64,000 nt of DNA from Octopus vulgaris (lineage: Eukaryota). Below the pieces are notes generated by a model. That model ran no database searches and had not been told where the DNA came from. It was given only the letters and a program-made list of their open reading frames with translations. The stretch lies in assembly GCA_951406725.2 (NCBI GenBank), contig OX597839.1, forward strand, positions 32,860,001 to 32,924,000, written 5' to 3'. A program made the position numbers and the translations under genes. The stretch's first letter is position 1. Every line of letters starts with the position of its first letter. Shown in pieces: positions 13,236-25,270 of this stretch.

Positions 13236-13414
13236 GGTGGTGATGATGATTCTGATGATGGTGGTGGTGGTGGTGGTGGTGATGATGATTCTGATGACGA
13301 CAATGATGATGATGATGATGATGACGATGGTGGTGGTGGTGGGGGTGGTGATGATGATTCTGATGATGGTGGTGGTGGTGGTGGTGGTGGTGATGATTAT
13401 GATGACGACAATGA

Positions 13415-13448
<34 letters not shown>

Positions 13449-13627
13449 GGTGGTGATGATGATTCTGATGATGGTGGTGGTGGTGGTGGTGGTGATGATG
13501 ATTCTGATGACGACAATGATGATGATGATGATGTTGAAGATGGTGGTGGTGGTGGGGGTGGTGATGATGATTCTGATGATGGTGGTGGTGGTGGTGGTGG
13601 TGGTGATGATTATGATGACGACAATGA

Positions 13628-13661
<34 letters not shown>

Positions 13662-13843
13662 GGTGGTGGTGATGATGATTCTGATGATGGTGGTGGTGGT
13701 GGTGGTGGTGATGATGATTCTGATGACGACAATGATGATGATGATGATGATGACGATGGTGGTGGTGGTGGTGGTGGTGATGATGATTCTGATGATGGTG
13801 GTGGTGGTGGTGGTGGTGATGATGATTCTGATGACGACAATGA

Positions 13844-13877
<34 letters not shown>

Positions 13878-14167
13878 GGTGGTGATGATGATTCTGATGA
13901 TGGTGGTGGTGGTGGTGGTGGTGATGATGATTCTGATGACGACAATGATGATGATGATGATGATGACGATGGTGGTGGTGGTGGTGGTGGTGATGATGAT
14001 TCTGATGATGGTGGTGGTGGTGGTGGTGGTGATGATGATTCTGATGACGACAATGATGATGATGATGATGATGACGATGGTGGTGGTGGTGGTGGTGGTG
14101 ATGATGATTCTGATGATGGTGGTGGTGGTGGTGGTGGTGATGATGATTCTGATGACGACAATGATGA

Positions 14168-14201
<34 letters not shown>

Positions 14202-14236
14202 GGTGGTGATGATGATTCTGATGACGACAATGATGA

Positions 14237-14270
<34 letters not shown>

Positions 14271-14440
14271 GGTGGTGGTGATGATGATTCTGATGATGGT
14301 GGTGGTGGTGGTGGTGGTGGTGATGATGATTCTGATGACGACAATGATGATGATGATGATGACGATGGTGGTGGTGATGATGATTCTGATGATGGTGGTG
14401 GTGGTGGTGGTGGTGGTGATGATTATGATGACGACAATGA

Positions 14441-14474
<34 letters not shown>

Positions 14475-14667
14475 GGTGGTGATGATGATTCTGATGACGA
14501 CAATGATGATGATGGTGGTGGTGGTGGTGGTGGTGATGATGATTCTGATGACGACAATGATGATGATGATGATGATGACGATGGTGGTGGTGGTGGGGGT
14601 GGTGATGATGATTCTGATGATGGTGGTGGTGGTGGTGGTGGTGGTGATGATGATTATGATGACGACA

Positions 14668-14714
<47 letters not shown>

Positions 14715-14743
14715 GGTGATGATGATTCTGATGACGACAATGA

Positions 14744-14777
<34 letters not shown>

Positions 14778-15250
14778 GGTGGTGATGATGATTCTGATGA
14801 TGGTGGTGGTGGTGGTGGTGGTGGTGATGATGATTCTGATGACGACAATGATGATGATGATGATGATGACGATGGTGGTGGTGGTGGTGGTGGTGATGAT
14901 GATTCTGATGATGGTGGTGGTGGTGGTGGTGGTGGTGATGATGATTCTGATGACGACAATGATGATGATGATGATGATGACGATGGTGGTGGGGGTGGTG
15001 ATGATGATTCTGATGATGGTGGTGGTGGTGGTGGTGGTGATGATGATTCTGATGACGACAATGATGATGATGATGATGATGACGATGGTGGTGGTGGTGG
15101 TGGTGGTGATGATGATTCTGATGATGGTGGTGGTGGTGGTGGTGGTGGTGATGATTATGATGACGACAATGATGACAATGATGATGATGATGATGGTGGT
15201 TGTGGTGGTTGTGGTGGTAGTGGTGATGATGATGATGATGATGATGACAA
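13117..15250. repeat. Higher-order (GAT)n/(GGT)n compound satellite
   Basis: Recurring units (ATG)n(GTG)n-ATGATGATTCTG and ATGACGACA. Confidence 0.95.
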
Positions 15251-15522
15251 TGTCACTGATAATATTGTTGACGATGTTGCTGTTTAGCCCCAGGTCAGTC
15301 CCGATCGACGAGACTTGTGACTAAAATCGTTCCAACCACGACCACCCAACCCAACCCAACCCCACCGCTTGACGACGTCATTGATTGCTGATTGTTGATC
15401 ACGTTAACCTGAGACAATAAATCTTCTTTTCTTATCTTCCTCTTCCTCTTCCACCCCCACCCGCACCTCTTCTCCCTCCTACCCCTAAACCCTCTCCTCC
15501 CCCCACCTCCCCACCTACCCAG

Positions 15523-15619
15523 TACCCTACAGATGCTGACCAACATTGAGAATCGTCTGGAGGAATTGTTCGAACTGGAGGAATCTCTGCCGGCCGACAA
15601 AGTGGAGGCGGCCAAACGG
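15523..15619 (+). CDS. CFAP100: CFAP100 exon E (DTLQMLTNIENRLEELFELEESLPADKVEAAKR)
   Basis: C-rich tract + cccAG acceptor (15521-15522) completes the GA|T codon (Asp). GTAAAG donor, phase 0. 'T.QMLT.IE..L.EL' motif. Confidence 0.88.
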
Positions 15620-15894
15620 GTAAAGTGCACCCTTTTGGATTATCTCCCTTTGCTTTGGATCCACGTCACCGTTGTGGCTGCTGCTGCTACTGCTGCTGCT
15701 GCTGCTACTTTTGTTGTTGTTGTTGTTGTTGTTATTGCTGCTTTTTGCTACTGTTGTTGCTGCTGCTGCTACTTTTGTTGTTGTTGTTGTTGCTGCTGCT
15801 ACTGCTGCTGTTGTTGTTGTTGTTGTTGTTGTTCTTGCTGCTTTTGTTGTTATTGTTAGGGTTAGGGTGGCTGTTGTTGTAGTGGCTGTTATTC

Positions 15895-15938
<44 letters not shown>

Positions 15939-16486
15939 GATGATTTGTTGGTGCATTGCCCAGTGCACCAATGATGATGATGATGATGATGATGATGGGT
16001 GCAAATGGCTAACCGTGGCCCAGGCACCAAGGGCTGTAAGCTCCACATTAGTGTGCCACAAATCTTCCCTTTTCCCTGGATGGCCCAGGGCCTTGACTGG
16101 ACACTCACACCTGCTGGGCAGCTGACCTCTATAACACTGCTCTATGTGCGCATGTATGTGTGTGTGTGTATATGCATGTGTGTATGCTTGTATGTATGTA
16201 TGTATGTATGTAGTCAGTATGTATGTGTGTGTGTATGTATGTATATATGTATGTGTGTATGTATGTATGCATGTATGTTTGTATGTATGTATGTGTGTAT
16301 GTATGTATGTATGTATGCATGTAGTTGGTATGTATGTACATGTGTCTGTATGTATGAATGTGTGTATGTGTATGTATGTATGTATGTATGTATATATGTA
16401 TGTGTGTGTGTGTCTAGGTATGTGTGTATGCGTATGTGTCTGTAGGTATGTATATGTGTGTGTATGTATGTATGTATGTATGTATG

Positions 16487-17060
16487 TACAAGGGGTGTTT
16501 ATTAAAGATGTCCCCCTAACCCACCTCTGGTTACTGCAAGAAACGGAACTTGTACAGGTAGAATCCTACATGTGTCTACATGTCACATTGTAAATAGCAT
16601 CTTTCTACTCATATTCATTTGTCTTTTACGGCTGCTGAAGTGGACAAAGGTGGAATAATGGAGGCAGTTGAATGCAGGTCAGGGGTCAGGTTGTTATACT
16701 TGAATGGTCGTACACCAAAAGGGACTTTCAATGAGATGAAAGAAGTTTATGGTGACGATGCACCATCATATGACATCGTTAAGCACTGGTATTGGAAACT
16801 GCTTCTATTCCCGGCCGGCTATGTTCCACCATTGATGATGACAGCATCCATAAAGTGGAGGTCACCATTTTGGAGGGCCGCCGCATAACTATTCGGCAAC
16901 TGGCCCAAGAAGGGAAGATAAATGTAGGGCCCGTGGAAAAATCATTCACGACCATTTGCACATGTGGAAGTTGTCTGCACGATGAATTTCCCTGAAGCTC
17001 ACAGCTTTTCAGAAGCAGGAACGGGTCAGTTGCTTCCAGCCTCTTTTGGCAATATTCCAA
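16487..17060 (+). mobile_element. Mariner transposase 5' remnant
   Basis: TA + putative TIR 'caaggggtgtttattaaa'. Peptides EMKEVYGDDAPSYDIVKHW...GR and ILEGRRITIRQLA are a mariner N-terminal HTH region, frameshifted. Confidence 0.75.
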
Positions 17061-17547
17061 GAAAAGGGGGAGGAATTAAGAAGGCCTTGCAGGCTCTTGT
17101 AGTCCCTGATATTCCGATCATTCGTGGCATAAGAATCAAGGATTTGTATTTGTATATATCATCATCATCATCATCATCGTTTAACGTCCGTTTTCCGCGC
17201 TAGCACGGGTTGGACGGTTCGACCGGGGGTCTGGGAAGCCAGCGGGCTGCACCAGGCTCCAGTCTGATCTGGCAGTGTTTCTACAGCTGGATGCCCTTCC
17301 TAACGCCAACCACTCCGCGAGTGTAGTGGATGCTTTTTACGCGCCACTGGCACAGGTGCCATGGGAGTCTGGCATCGGCCACAATCGGATGGTGCTTTTA
17401 ACGTGCCACCGGCACGGGGGCCAGTCGAGGCGGTGCTGGCATCGGCCACGTTCAGATGGTGCTTTTTATGTGCCACCGGCACAGGTATCACAACTACTAT
17501 TTCCATTGATATTTATATCGATGTTCATGTTCATGTACTTGACTCAT

Positions 17548-17709
17548 AGGCGCAGGAGTGGCTGTGTGGTAAGTAGCTTGTTTACCAACCACATGGTTCC
17601 GGGTTCAGTCCCACTGCGTGGCACCTTGGGCAAGTGTCTTCTACTATAGCCTCGACCGACCAAAGCCTTGTGAGTGGATTTGGTAGACGGAAACTGAAAG
17701 AAGCCCGTC

Positions 17710-17783
<74 letters not shown>

Positions 17784-18005
17784 ATGTTTGTGTGTCTGTG
17801 TTTGTCCCCCTAGCATTGCTTGACAACCGATGCTGGTGTGTTTACGTCCCCGTCACTTAGCGGTTCGGCAAAAGAGACCGATAGAATAAGTACTGGGCTG
17901 ACAAAGAATAAAGTCCCGGCTTCGAGTTGCTCGATTAAAGGCGGTGCTCCAGCATGGCCGCAGTCAAAACGACTGAAACAAGTAAAAAAAAAAAAAAAAA
18001 AAAAA
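17548..18005 (+). mobile_element. SINE family 1, full-length
   Basis: Same head and tail as 374-768, ending in an A-rich run. Confidence 0.85.
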
Positions 18006-18112
18006 GGTCTCCTCAAGCACAGCGGGGTTTGGATGGTGCTTATGTATATATGAACGTTTATATGTAAACTCACCTGTTTGTAATTACCTGTAATTCTGTT
18101 GTTGCTTAACAG

Positions 18113-18232
18113 AGCAAAGAGAAGGAGAGACGCCTGAAGATGAGGGAGCAGAAACTCAAACTGCAGAAGCTTCATCAGGAAGAACGCATGAAGAAGTCTT
18201 TGGAACGAGCCAAAGCTGAGCCAAAGAAAATG
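18113..18232 (+). CDS. CFAP100: CFAP100 exon F (SKEKERRLKMREQKLKLQKLHQEERMKKSLERAKAEPKKM)
   Basis: ttaacAG acceptor, GTAAAT donor, phase 0 to 0. 'KEKERR...RE.KL..QK..QEER' motif. Confidence 0.9.
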
Positions 18233-18329
18233 GTAAATTTACTCTTTGTTTCATTTGCTCTTTATAGTTATGCCTGTTTATCTATCTATCTATCTAATCT
18301 ATCTGTCTATCTATCGGTCTATCTATCGG

Positions 18330-18393
<64 letters not shown>

Positions 18394-18434
18394 ATTTATC
18401 TATCTATCTATCTATCGGTCTATCGGTCTATCTA

Positions 18435-18466
<32 letters not shown>

Positions 18467-18710
18467 TATATACATATATGGTTTCGGGTTCAGTCCCACT
18501 GCGTGGCACTTTGGGTAGGTGTCTTCCACTATAGCCCCGAGCCGACCAGAGCTTTGTGATTGAATTCGGTAGGCGGGAGTTACTGCCGTGTGTGTATGTG
18601 GGCGTATAGCTGCTCAGTGCCTCTCCAAAAGAGAGAGAGGGATTGCTATATATCTATCTCTACATCTGTCAGTCATTCTATTCATCTGGCTGTCTGTCTA
18701 TCTTTCTTTA

Positions 18711-18769
<59 letters not shown>

Positions 18770-18837
18770 CTATCTATCTATCTATCTCTCTCTCTCTATC
18801 TATCTATATATCTATCTATCTATATATATATAATGAA

Positions 18838-19518
18838 ATTATTGTATACAGTGCTCAGGTGCACCACAACTTGTCAGAAAGTGCATATAAAGTACATGCA
18901 GTAATGTAGAAATGTCTGGAAAGCGAACAATGTATGAGTCAGATACATGCTTGTGTGTGTATGGAGGGGAGAAAATCAGGTGTAGTGTTGGCGAATCTCA
19001 GGAAACATGGAAGTTTTGAAGGATGCAGTACTCCGACAACTAACAACCGATGCCGGCAGTTTGTTCCATGCTTCAGCAACTCTCAGCATGAAAAAATGTT
19101 TCCTGAAGTCATGGGAGCTGTGCTGTTTTCTTACTTTGTAAATATGTCCACGGGTGTTAGATGGGTGGAGTTTGAAAAGGTGCTCAGAGTTATTGTTTGT
19201 ACGATGGTTGATAATTTTATGGGTGTCTGTCAAGTCAGCTGCCAGACGTCGGAGTTTCAATGTGTCCATGCCCAGGGAAGTAAGGCGTTCAGGATATGGC
19301 AAATGCCTGATGGAGGGTATTCTTTTGGTTGCACGTCGCTGAACAGCTTCCAGACGATTGATGTCCTGGGCAAGATAGGGGTTCCAGACCGGTGATGCAA
19401 ACTCCAGGTGAGGTCTTACCATAGCTATATAAAGCCGCAGATAGATAGCTGGAGAGCGGCTCACAAAGGATTTGGTGAGTGATGCCAAGACACCCTCAGC
19501 CTTCTTGACAATTTTCAT
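18838..19518 (-). mobile_element. 5'-truncated CR1/L2-type LINE (ORF2 C-terminus + 3' UTR)
   Basis: LYIAMVRPHLEFASPVWNPY...LEAVQRRATK...TRGH...RKHFF.LRVAEAWNKLP. Confidence 0.88.
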
Positions 19519-19715
19519 TTGCTTTTTATAGTTATGCCTGTTTATCTATCTATCTATCTGTATATATATATGGTTTCGGGTTCAGTCCCACTGCGTGGCA
19601 CTTTGGGTAGGTGTCTTCCACTATAGCCCTATTTATCTATCAGTCTATGTATTTATCTATCGGTCTATCTATCTGCCTGTCTATCTATCTATCTATCTGT
19701 CTATCTGTCTATCTG

Positions 19716-19811
<96 letters not shown>

Positions 19812-19815
19812 TCTG

Positions 19816-19870
<55 letters not shown>

Positions 19871-20610
19871 CTATCTGTCTGTGTGTAAACCTCTCTGTCT
19901 CCATACACACACACACACACACACACACACTCCCATTAAACTGGCGCGAACAAGTAATTCTCCAAATTGTTACACATCTTGTTTCTCCGCCTTGTACTGA
20001 TCCGCTTCACTTCACTCGTTAATGACAACGAAGGAAAGGCACAGGTGCCACTTTGTCTAATTGGAAAGGTATCATTTTATATTTTCAGGTGGAAAAGTCA
20101 AAAGGCTGAAACGTTGCAGAGATGTGGCGCATGTGTGTGTGTATATATGTGTGTGTGTGTAGGTGCATTTATGTATGCAACAGGTTGCGTGTACGACTGC
20201 ACACAAACTGTGTAACAAGTCTTGACTGTGTGAGCAAGATGTACTAAACTCAGGTATATTGCGGGGGGGGGGGCTGGCTGGGGAAGAAATACACCCCCAA
20301 AAAAAACTTCATCTGCGTTCCCCTCCTGCTCACCACCCTGCTCACCCCTCCATCACATAGCAAACCCCCACCCCGAATACACCATCACCACCACCACCAC
20401 CACCACCAACATAATCAGTTTCTGATTAAGACACTAACGACATTTATTTAAGCTGATGTCATTTGCTGTTGTCTTAGCAACAGGTCGGGTGGTAACAAAG
20501 TGGGGCCCGAAGATAAAGGGTGGGAAAAGAAAGAACATAGACTTATTAATACAAATACACACACACACACTTGCATTTATATCTCTACATATATCTATCT
20601 ATCTATCTAT

Positions 20611-20648
<38 letters not shown>

Positions 20649-20654
20649 ATATAA

Positions 20655-21379
20655 ACACCATGATGTTCAGTGGATGTTTGATATTTATCACTCCCAGTAC
20701 ATGTTTTGGGGACACAGCAAGCCAACGGTTGTTCTGTGTGTTCACCATCTGACCCTGGTAGAAATTTTTCTTGTTTGAGAAATACCAAAGCATGTTTGGT
20801 TGGAGGAGATGCTTGAGTTTGTTCAAAAGCTTTGTAGCATGGTCTTTCCTATTGTCCTTGATGGCTTGGGATAAAAATTGGCCCTTTCTCATCTTGTATG
20901 AGGAATACCGAATGTCTTCATGCATTACCTGCCTGATAAGAAACTCAGACACTCCCATGTCCCTGGTGATGAACCTGATTGACTTTGAGGGATCGTTGTC
21001 AATCATGGCCTGGATCTCACCAACAAACTCAGGAGTTCTTTTCTTCTCAGAATGATCAGAGTGAGTTTTCCGAGCTGCCATACCTTTGTTAATTACCATT
21101 GGAGTCATCCAACTCTTTCCGAATCCGCTGCTCTGTCCTCAGATTGACATCCAGACATTCTGAAATGTACGTATTGAAGCTTCCGGCATGAATACCAAGT
21201 AGTACAGCATGTCGTTTCCAAATTTCTGGCAGAGTGAATTGCGTCATGGGACTGTTTCTCTCACAGATGGTGCCCCACTGACCCTACTATACTGTGTAGT
21301 CAATAAAATCAGAAACAAACAATGCGCTGCATGAAATTAAAAATATAAAATGGTGACAATTTACCCATCGCACCCTGTA
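20655..21379 (-). mobile_element. Tc1/mariner-superfamily (maT-like) transposase remnant with one TIR
   Basis: KRTPEFV..IQAMIDNDPSKSIR...MGVSEFLIRQ...FS(D)EK.F..NTQNNRW. The end reads TA-CAGGGTGCGATGGGTAAATTGTCACC on minus. Confidence 0.75.
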
Positions 21380-21447
21380 TGTACGTGTCTGTGTGTGTGT
21401 ATATATATATATATATACATATACACACACACATACATACATATAAG

Positions 21448-21666
21448 GGCGGTGAGCTGACAGACGCGTTAGCACGCCGGGCGAAATGCTTAACTGTATT
21501 TCGACTGCCATTACGTTCTGAGTTCAAATTCCGCCGAGGTCGACTTTGCCTTTCATCCTTTCGGGGTCGATAAATTAAAGTACCAGTTACACACTGGGGT
21601 CGATATAATCGACTTAATCCCTTGTTTGTCCCCTCTGTGTTTAGCCCTTTGTGGGTAGTAAAGAAA
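21448..21666 (+). mobile_element. SINE family 2
   Basis: Near-identical to 6885-7114. Confidence 0.85.
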
Positions 21667-22392
21667 TATATATTTATGTATATAAACATACACATACATG
21701 CCCATGCATATGTACATGTACACACACACACATACATACATATATTTATGTATATAAACATACACATACATGTACACACATGCACACACACACATACATA
21801 CATATATTTATGTATATAAACATACACATACATGTACACACATGCACACACACACATACATACATATATTTATGTATATAAACATACACATACATGTACA
21901 CACATGCACACACACACACACATACATACATATATTTATGTATATAAACATACACATACATGTACACACATGCACACACACACACACACATACATACATA
22001 TATTTATGTATATAAACATACACATACATGTACACACATGCACACACACACACACACACATACATATATTTATGTATATAAACATACACATACATGTACA
22101 CACATGCACACACACACACACACATACATATATTTATGTATATAAACATACACATACATGTACACACATGCACACACACACACACACACATACATATATT
22201 TATGTATATAAACATACACATACATGTACACACATGCACACACACACACACACACATACATATATTTATGTATATAAACATACACATACATGTACACACA
22301 TGCACACACACACACACACACATACATATATTTATGTATATAAACATACACATACATGTACACACATGCACACACACACACACATACATATA
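21667..22392. repeat. ~62-68-bp minisatellite (about 11 units)
   Basis: 'tatatttatgtatataaacatacacatacatgtacacacatg(ca)n' repeated. Confidence 0.92.
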
Positions 22393-22823
22393 CTTGTGTG
22401 TTTATTATATCAGAAGTTAGCAGTCTGCTTCGAGGTTTTCTCCATGCTGGGCCGAGCATGACATTTGTGAACAGCCCACCCTGGGGCAAATGGTGAAAGT
22501 AGATTGACAACTTTCGGTCTACTGAACAAAATACCCATCCACTCACACAACGTGTTTGAGTTTCACATTAAGTCATATTTCAACTCTTTAAAATCTATCT
22601 TACAAACTTACATGGCAACACACACACACACACACACACATTATTTTCATTATAAATATTTCTTGTATATTATTGTTATGACATGACACTTAATATTGTT
22701 ATCAAATGGTTTCCTGACAAAAAAACACGAAGTAAATTTAACAACAATTGGTCACAGTTGAATGGAATGGCTTGGACTTTTTTGCTGTCAGAGACTTGAA
22801 AAAAGTATATATATCTATATATA

Positions 22824-23330
22824 TCTTTATATATAAAACTGTAGTTGTGTGAGTGTCTGTCTCCTACAATTTAGATTCCTAACTCCTCCCACATTTTGCG
22901 GTGCAGTTTAACCAAAACCGGGTATCTTATAGTCGTGATTAATATCGAGCCCGTCTGGCTATTAGCGCGCGTCTACGATGAGTCTACGATTTTAAAAATA
23001 ATTTAACATAATTTTTTATTCCATTATAATGCATAATTTTTCGTGTGTCGATGGCGGCGGAGTTGGCGTCCACGCTCAAACACCTGCACCTGTGTTTGCT
23101 TCTCCCTTCTTCCCTCCCTCGTGAAGCTGTGGGTAAGGGAGTGTAAGGAAATCAATGTCGTAATGCATTGTCAAGGAGACCAGCGTTCTTTTAGAACAAC
23201 GACTTGAAGACACCAAAACAGAAATGGCTAAGAAAGCCCGAATTGGCATCTATAAAGGAAGTAACTCTCTAAAAATGCTTATATAGTTATTTCCCTTACA
23301 AACCCGAGCAACGCCGGGCGATACTGCTAG
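22824..23330 (+). mobile_element. Non-autonomous Helitron
   Basis: 5' TC..ATATATAAAA, subterminal GC hairpin CCCGAGCAACGCCGGG, 3' CTAG followed by T. Confidence 0.85.
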
Positions 23331-23346
23331 TATATATATATATATA

Positions 23347-23649
23347 TCTTTATATATAAAAGTGAAGTTGTGTGAGTGTCTGTCTCCTACGATTTAGATT
23401 CCTAACTACTCCCACATTTTGCGGTGCAGTTTAACCAAAACCGGGTATCTTATAGTCGTGATTCATATCAAGCCCTACTGGGTATTAGCGCATGTCTACG
23501 ATGAGTCTATGATTTAAAAAAAACTTTACCATCATTTTTTCCCATTTTTAATGCATTTTTTTTGCTATTATATAAGGGAAGTAACTCTCTAAAATGCTTA
23601 TATAGTTATTTCCCTTACAAACCCAAGCAACACCGGGCGATACTGCTAG
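23347..23649 (+). mobile_element. Non-autonomous Helitron, shorter tandem copy
   Basis: Same 5' end and hairpin+CTAG 3' end as 22824-23330, lacking ~200 bp of the interior. Confidence 0.85.
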
Positions 23650-24340
23650 TATTATATATGGTAAATAAGTTCAGTAAAATTTAGATTCAGATGAATATGG
23701 TACTTAAGTTAAAGGCACCAGAATTTAGTACGGTATTATCCATATAATTCAAAATTGGGTGATTATAATCAAAATAAGCAACAAGGATATCCAGAGCTAA
23801 TGCAGTATGATCGTTTCCAGCAACTCCATTTAATTAAACAATGCAATCATTACATCAATTTGCATCAATTTACATCGTACTGCATCACCTCTAGATATCC
23901 TTGTTGCTTATTTTGATTATATATATATATATATACACTTGACTCTGTCAGTCATGAATGACCAAGGGTGCACCTAAGAGGTTCCTCTCCGGGGTACAAG
24001 TCTGGGTGGAAAGTCACCTCACCAGCGAACACACATTCTAGGGTTGTTTTTATGGAAGACCAGCAGTCGCCCATGCATACCAGCCTCCCATCTCCGTGCC
24101 ACCAATGTTATCCAAGGGAAAGGCAAAGGGGCCGATACAGTTTGGCACCTGTGACGTCGCAACTCATTTCTACAGATGAGCGAACTGGAGCAATGTGAAA
24201 TAAAGTGTCTTGCTCAAGAATACAACATGCTGCTTGGTCTGAGAATTGAACTGACAACCTCATGATTGTAAGCTCGACGCTCTAACCACTGAGCCATGCG
24301 CCTTCAGACACACACTCACACATATATATTTACACATATA

Positions 24341-24430
<90 letters not shown>

Positions 24431-24436
<6 letters not shown>

Positions 24437-24931
24437 TTGCCATACTAATATGGCAGTCTAAATATAAGACTAAAGCTGTTGCTGATTAGTTTGGCGATAA
24501 CTATTAATATCCAGTAACGCTGCCGTAATCTCCTTTAGAGAGACTTAGTAATTTTAATATTTCTATTATTGAAAACAAGTGGATGTATTCCACTGTAACT
24601 AGGTAAATAAAATCTTCGAACAGACGGTCAGTAGTGACACCTGCGGGTCTGACTACGCTGCATTGATAAAGGGCAACAACCCTGAAACATGTCTGCAGAT
24701 GTCTGAACAGCAAGATGAAGCGGCTGACCTCCCCTGTTCGAAGGTTGTAATGGACGCAGGTTCGTGTGTCATATAGCTAGCTAGAGGCGATAGCCTCTTG
24801 GAGCTAATCAGCGACAGCTTTAGTCTTATATTTATAAGACTGCCATATTAGTTTGGCGATAACTATTAATATCCAGTAACGCTGCCGTAATCTCCTTTAG
24901 AGAGACTTAGTAATTTTAATATTTCTATTAT
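24431..24931 (+). mobile_element. Penelope-like pLTR / retrozyme-like non-autonomous element in (TA)n
   Basis: 85-bp direct repeat (24485-24569, 24847-24931). A 5' inverted copy (24431-24489) of 24804-24865. Internal hammerhead. (TA)n on both sides. Confidence 0.7.
24658..24698 (+). ncRNA. Minimal type I hammerhead ribozyme motif, U3-A8 core variant
   Basis: CTGCA-TTGATAA-AGGG(CAACAA)CCCT-GAAA-CATG-TC-TGCAG: 5-bp stem I, 4-bp stem II, palindromic CATG stem III, GUC triplet. Confidence 0.72.
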
Positions 24932-25019
24932 ATATATATATATCGTACATGCATATATGTCCATATAAAAAAACAGTATAAAAAACATATAAAAAACAGC
25001 ATAAGGACTATCACGAAGT

Positions 25020-25270
25020 CACTAAAATGGGCCCAAAGGCCATAGAAACCCTTGTTTCAGATCAAGTTGGATGGCGAACAAAAGTGTGGAGTGGAGTGAA
25101 AGCATTTGAAGAAGCCAGGATGGCACGTGCAAGACCCAAGAGAGATTTAAAGAAGAATGTCGCAATCAACAAGAAGGTGAATCTCTGGGGACCATTTTGT
25201 GTGCACAGTTTGTGAACAGACCATGCCTTTGATTTGCTGGGCTCAAATCTCACTTGTGGACCCATGAAAA
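25020..25270 (+). mobile_element. Decayed RTE-like LINE C-terminus
   Basis: ETLVSD..GWR..V..GVKAFEEAR followed by a broken zinc-finger-like ...AGLKSHL.TH segment. Confidence 0.5.

Noticed and set aside
13117-15324. 735-aa Met/Val ORF, and the antisense Ser/Pro ORFs
   Set aside because: Pure trinucleotide satellite inside the CFAP100 D-E intron, with no sequence complexity of a real protein.
15856-15867. Two TTAGGG telomeric units
   Set aside because: Only two copies within a GTT-rich microsatellite, expected by chance.
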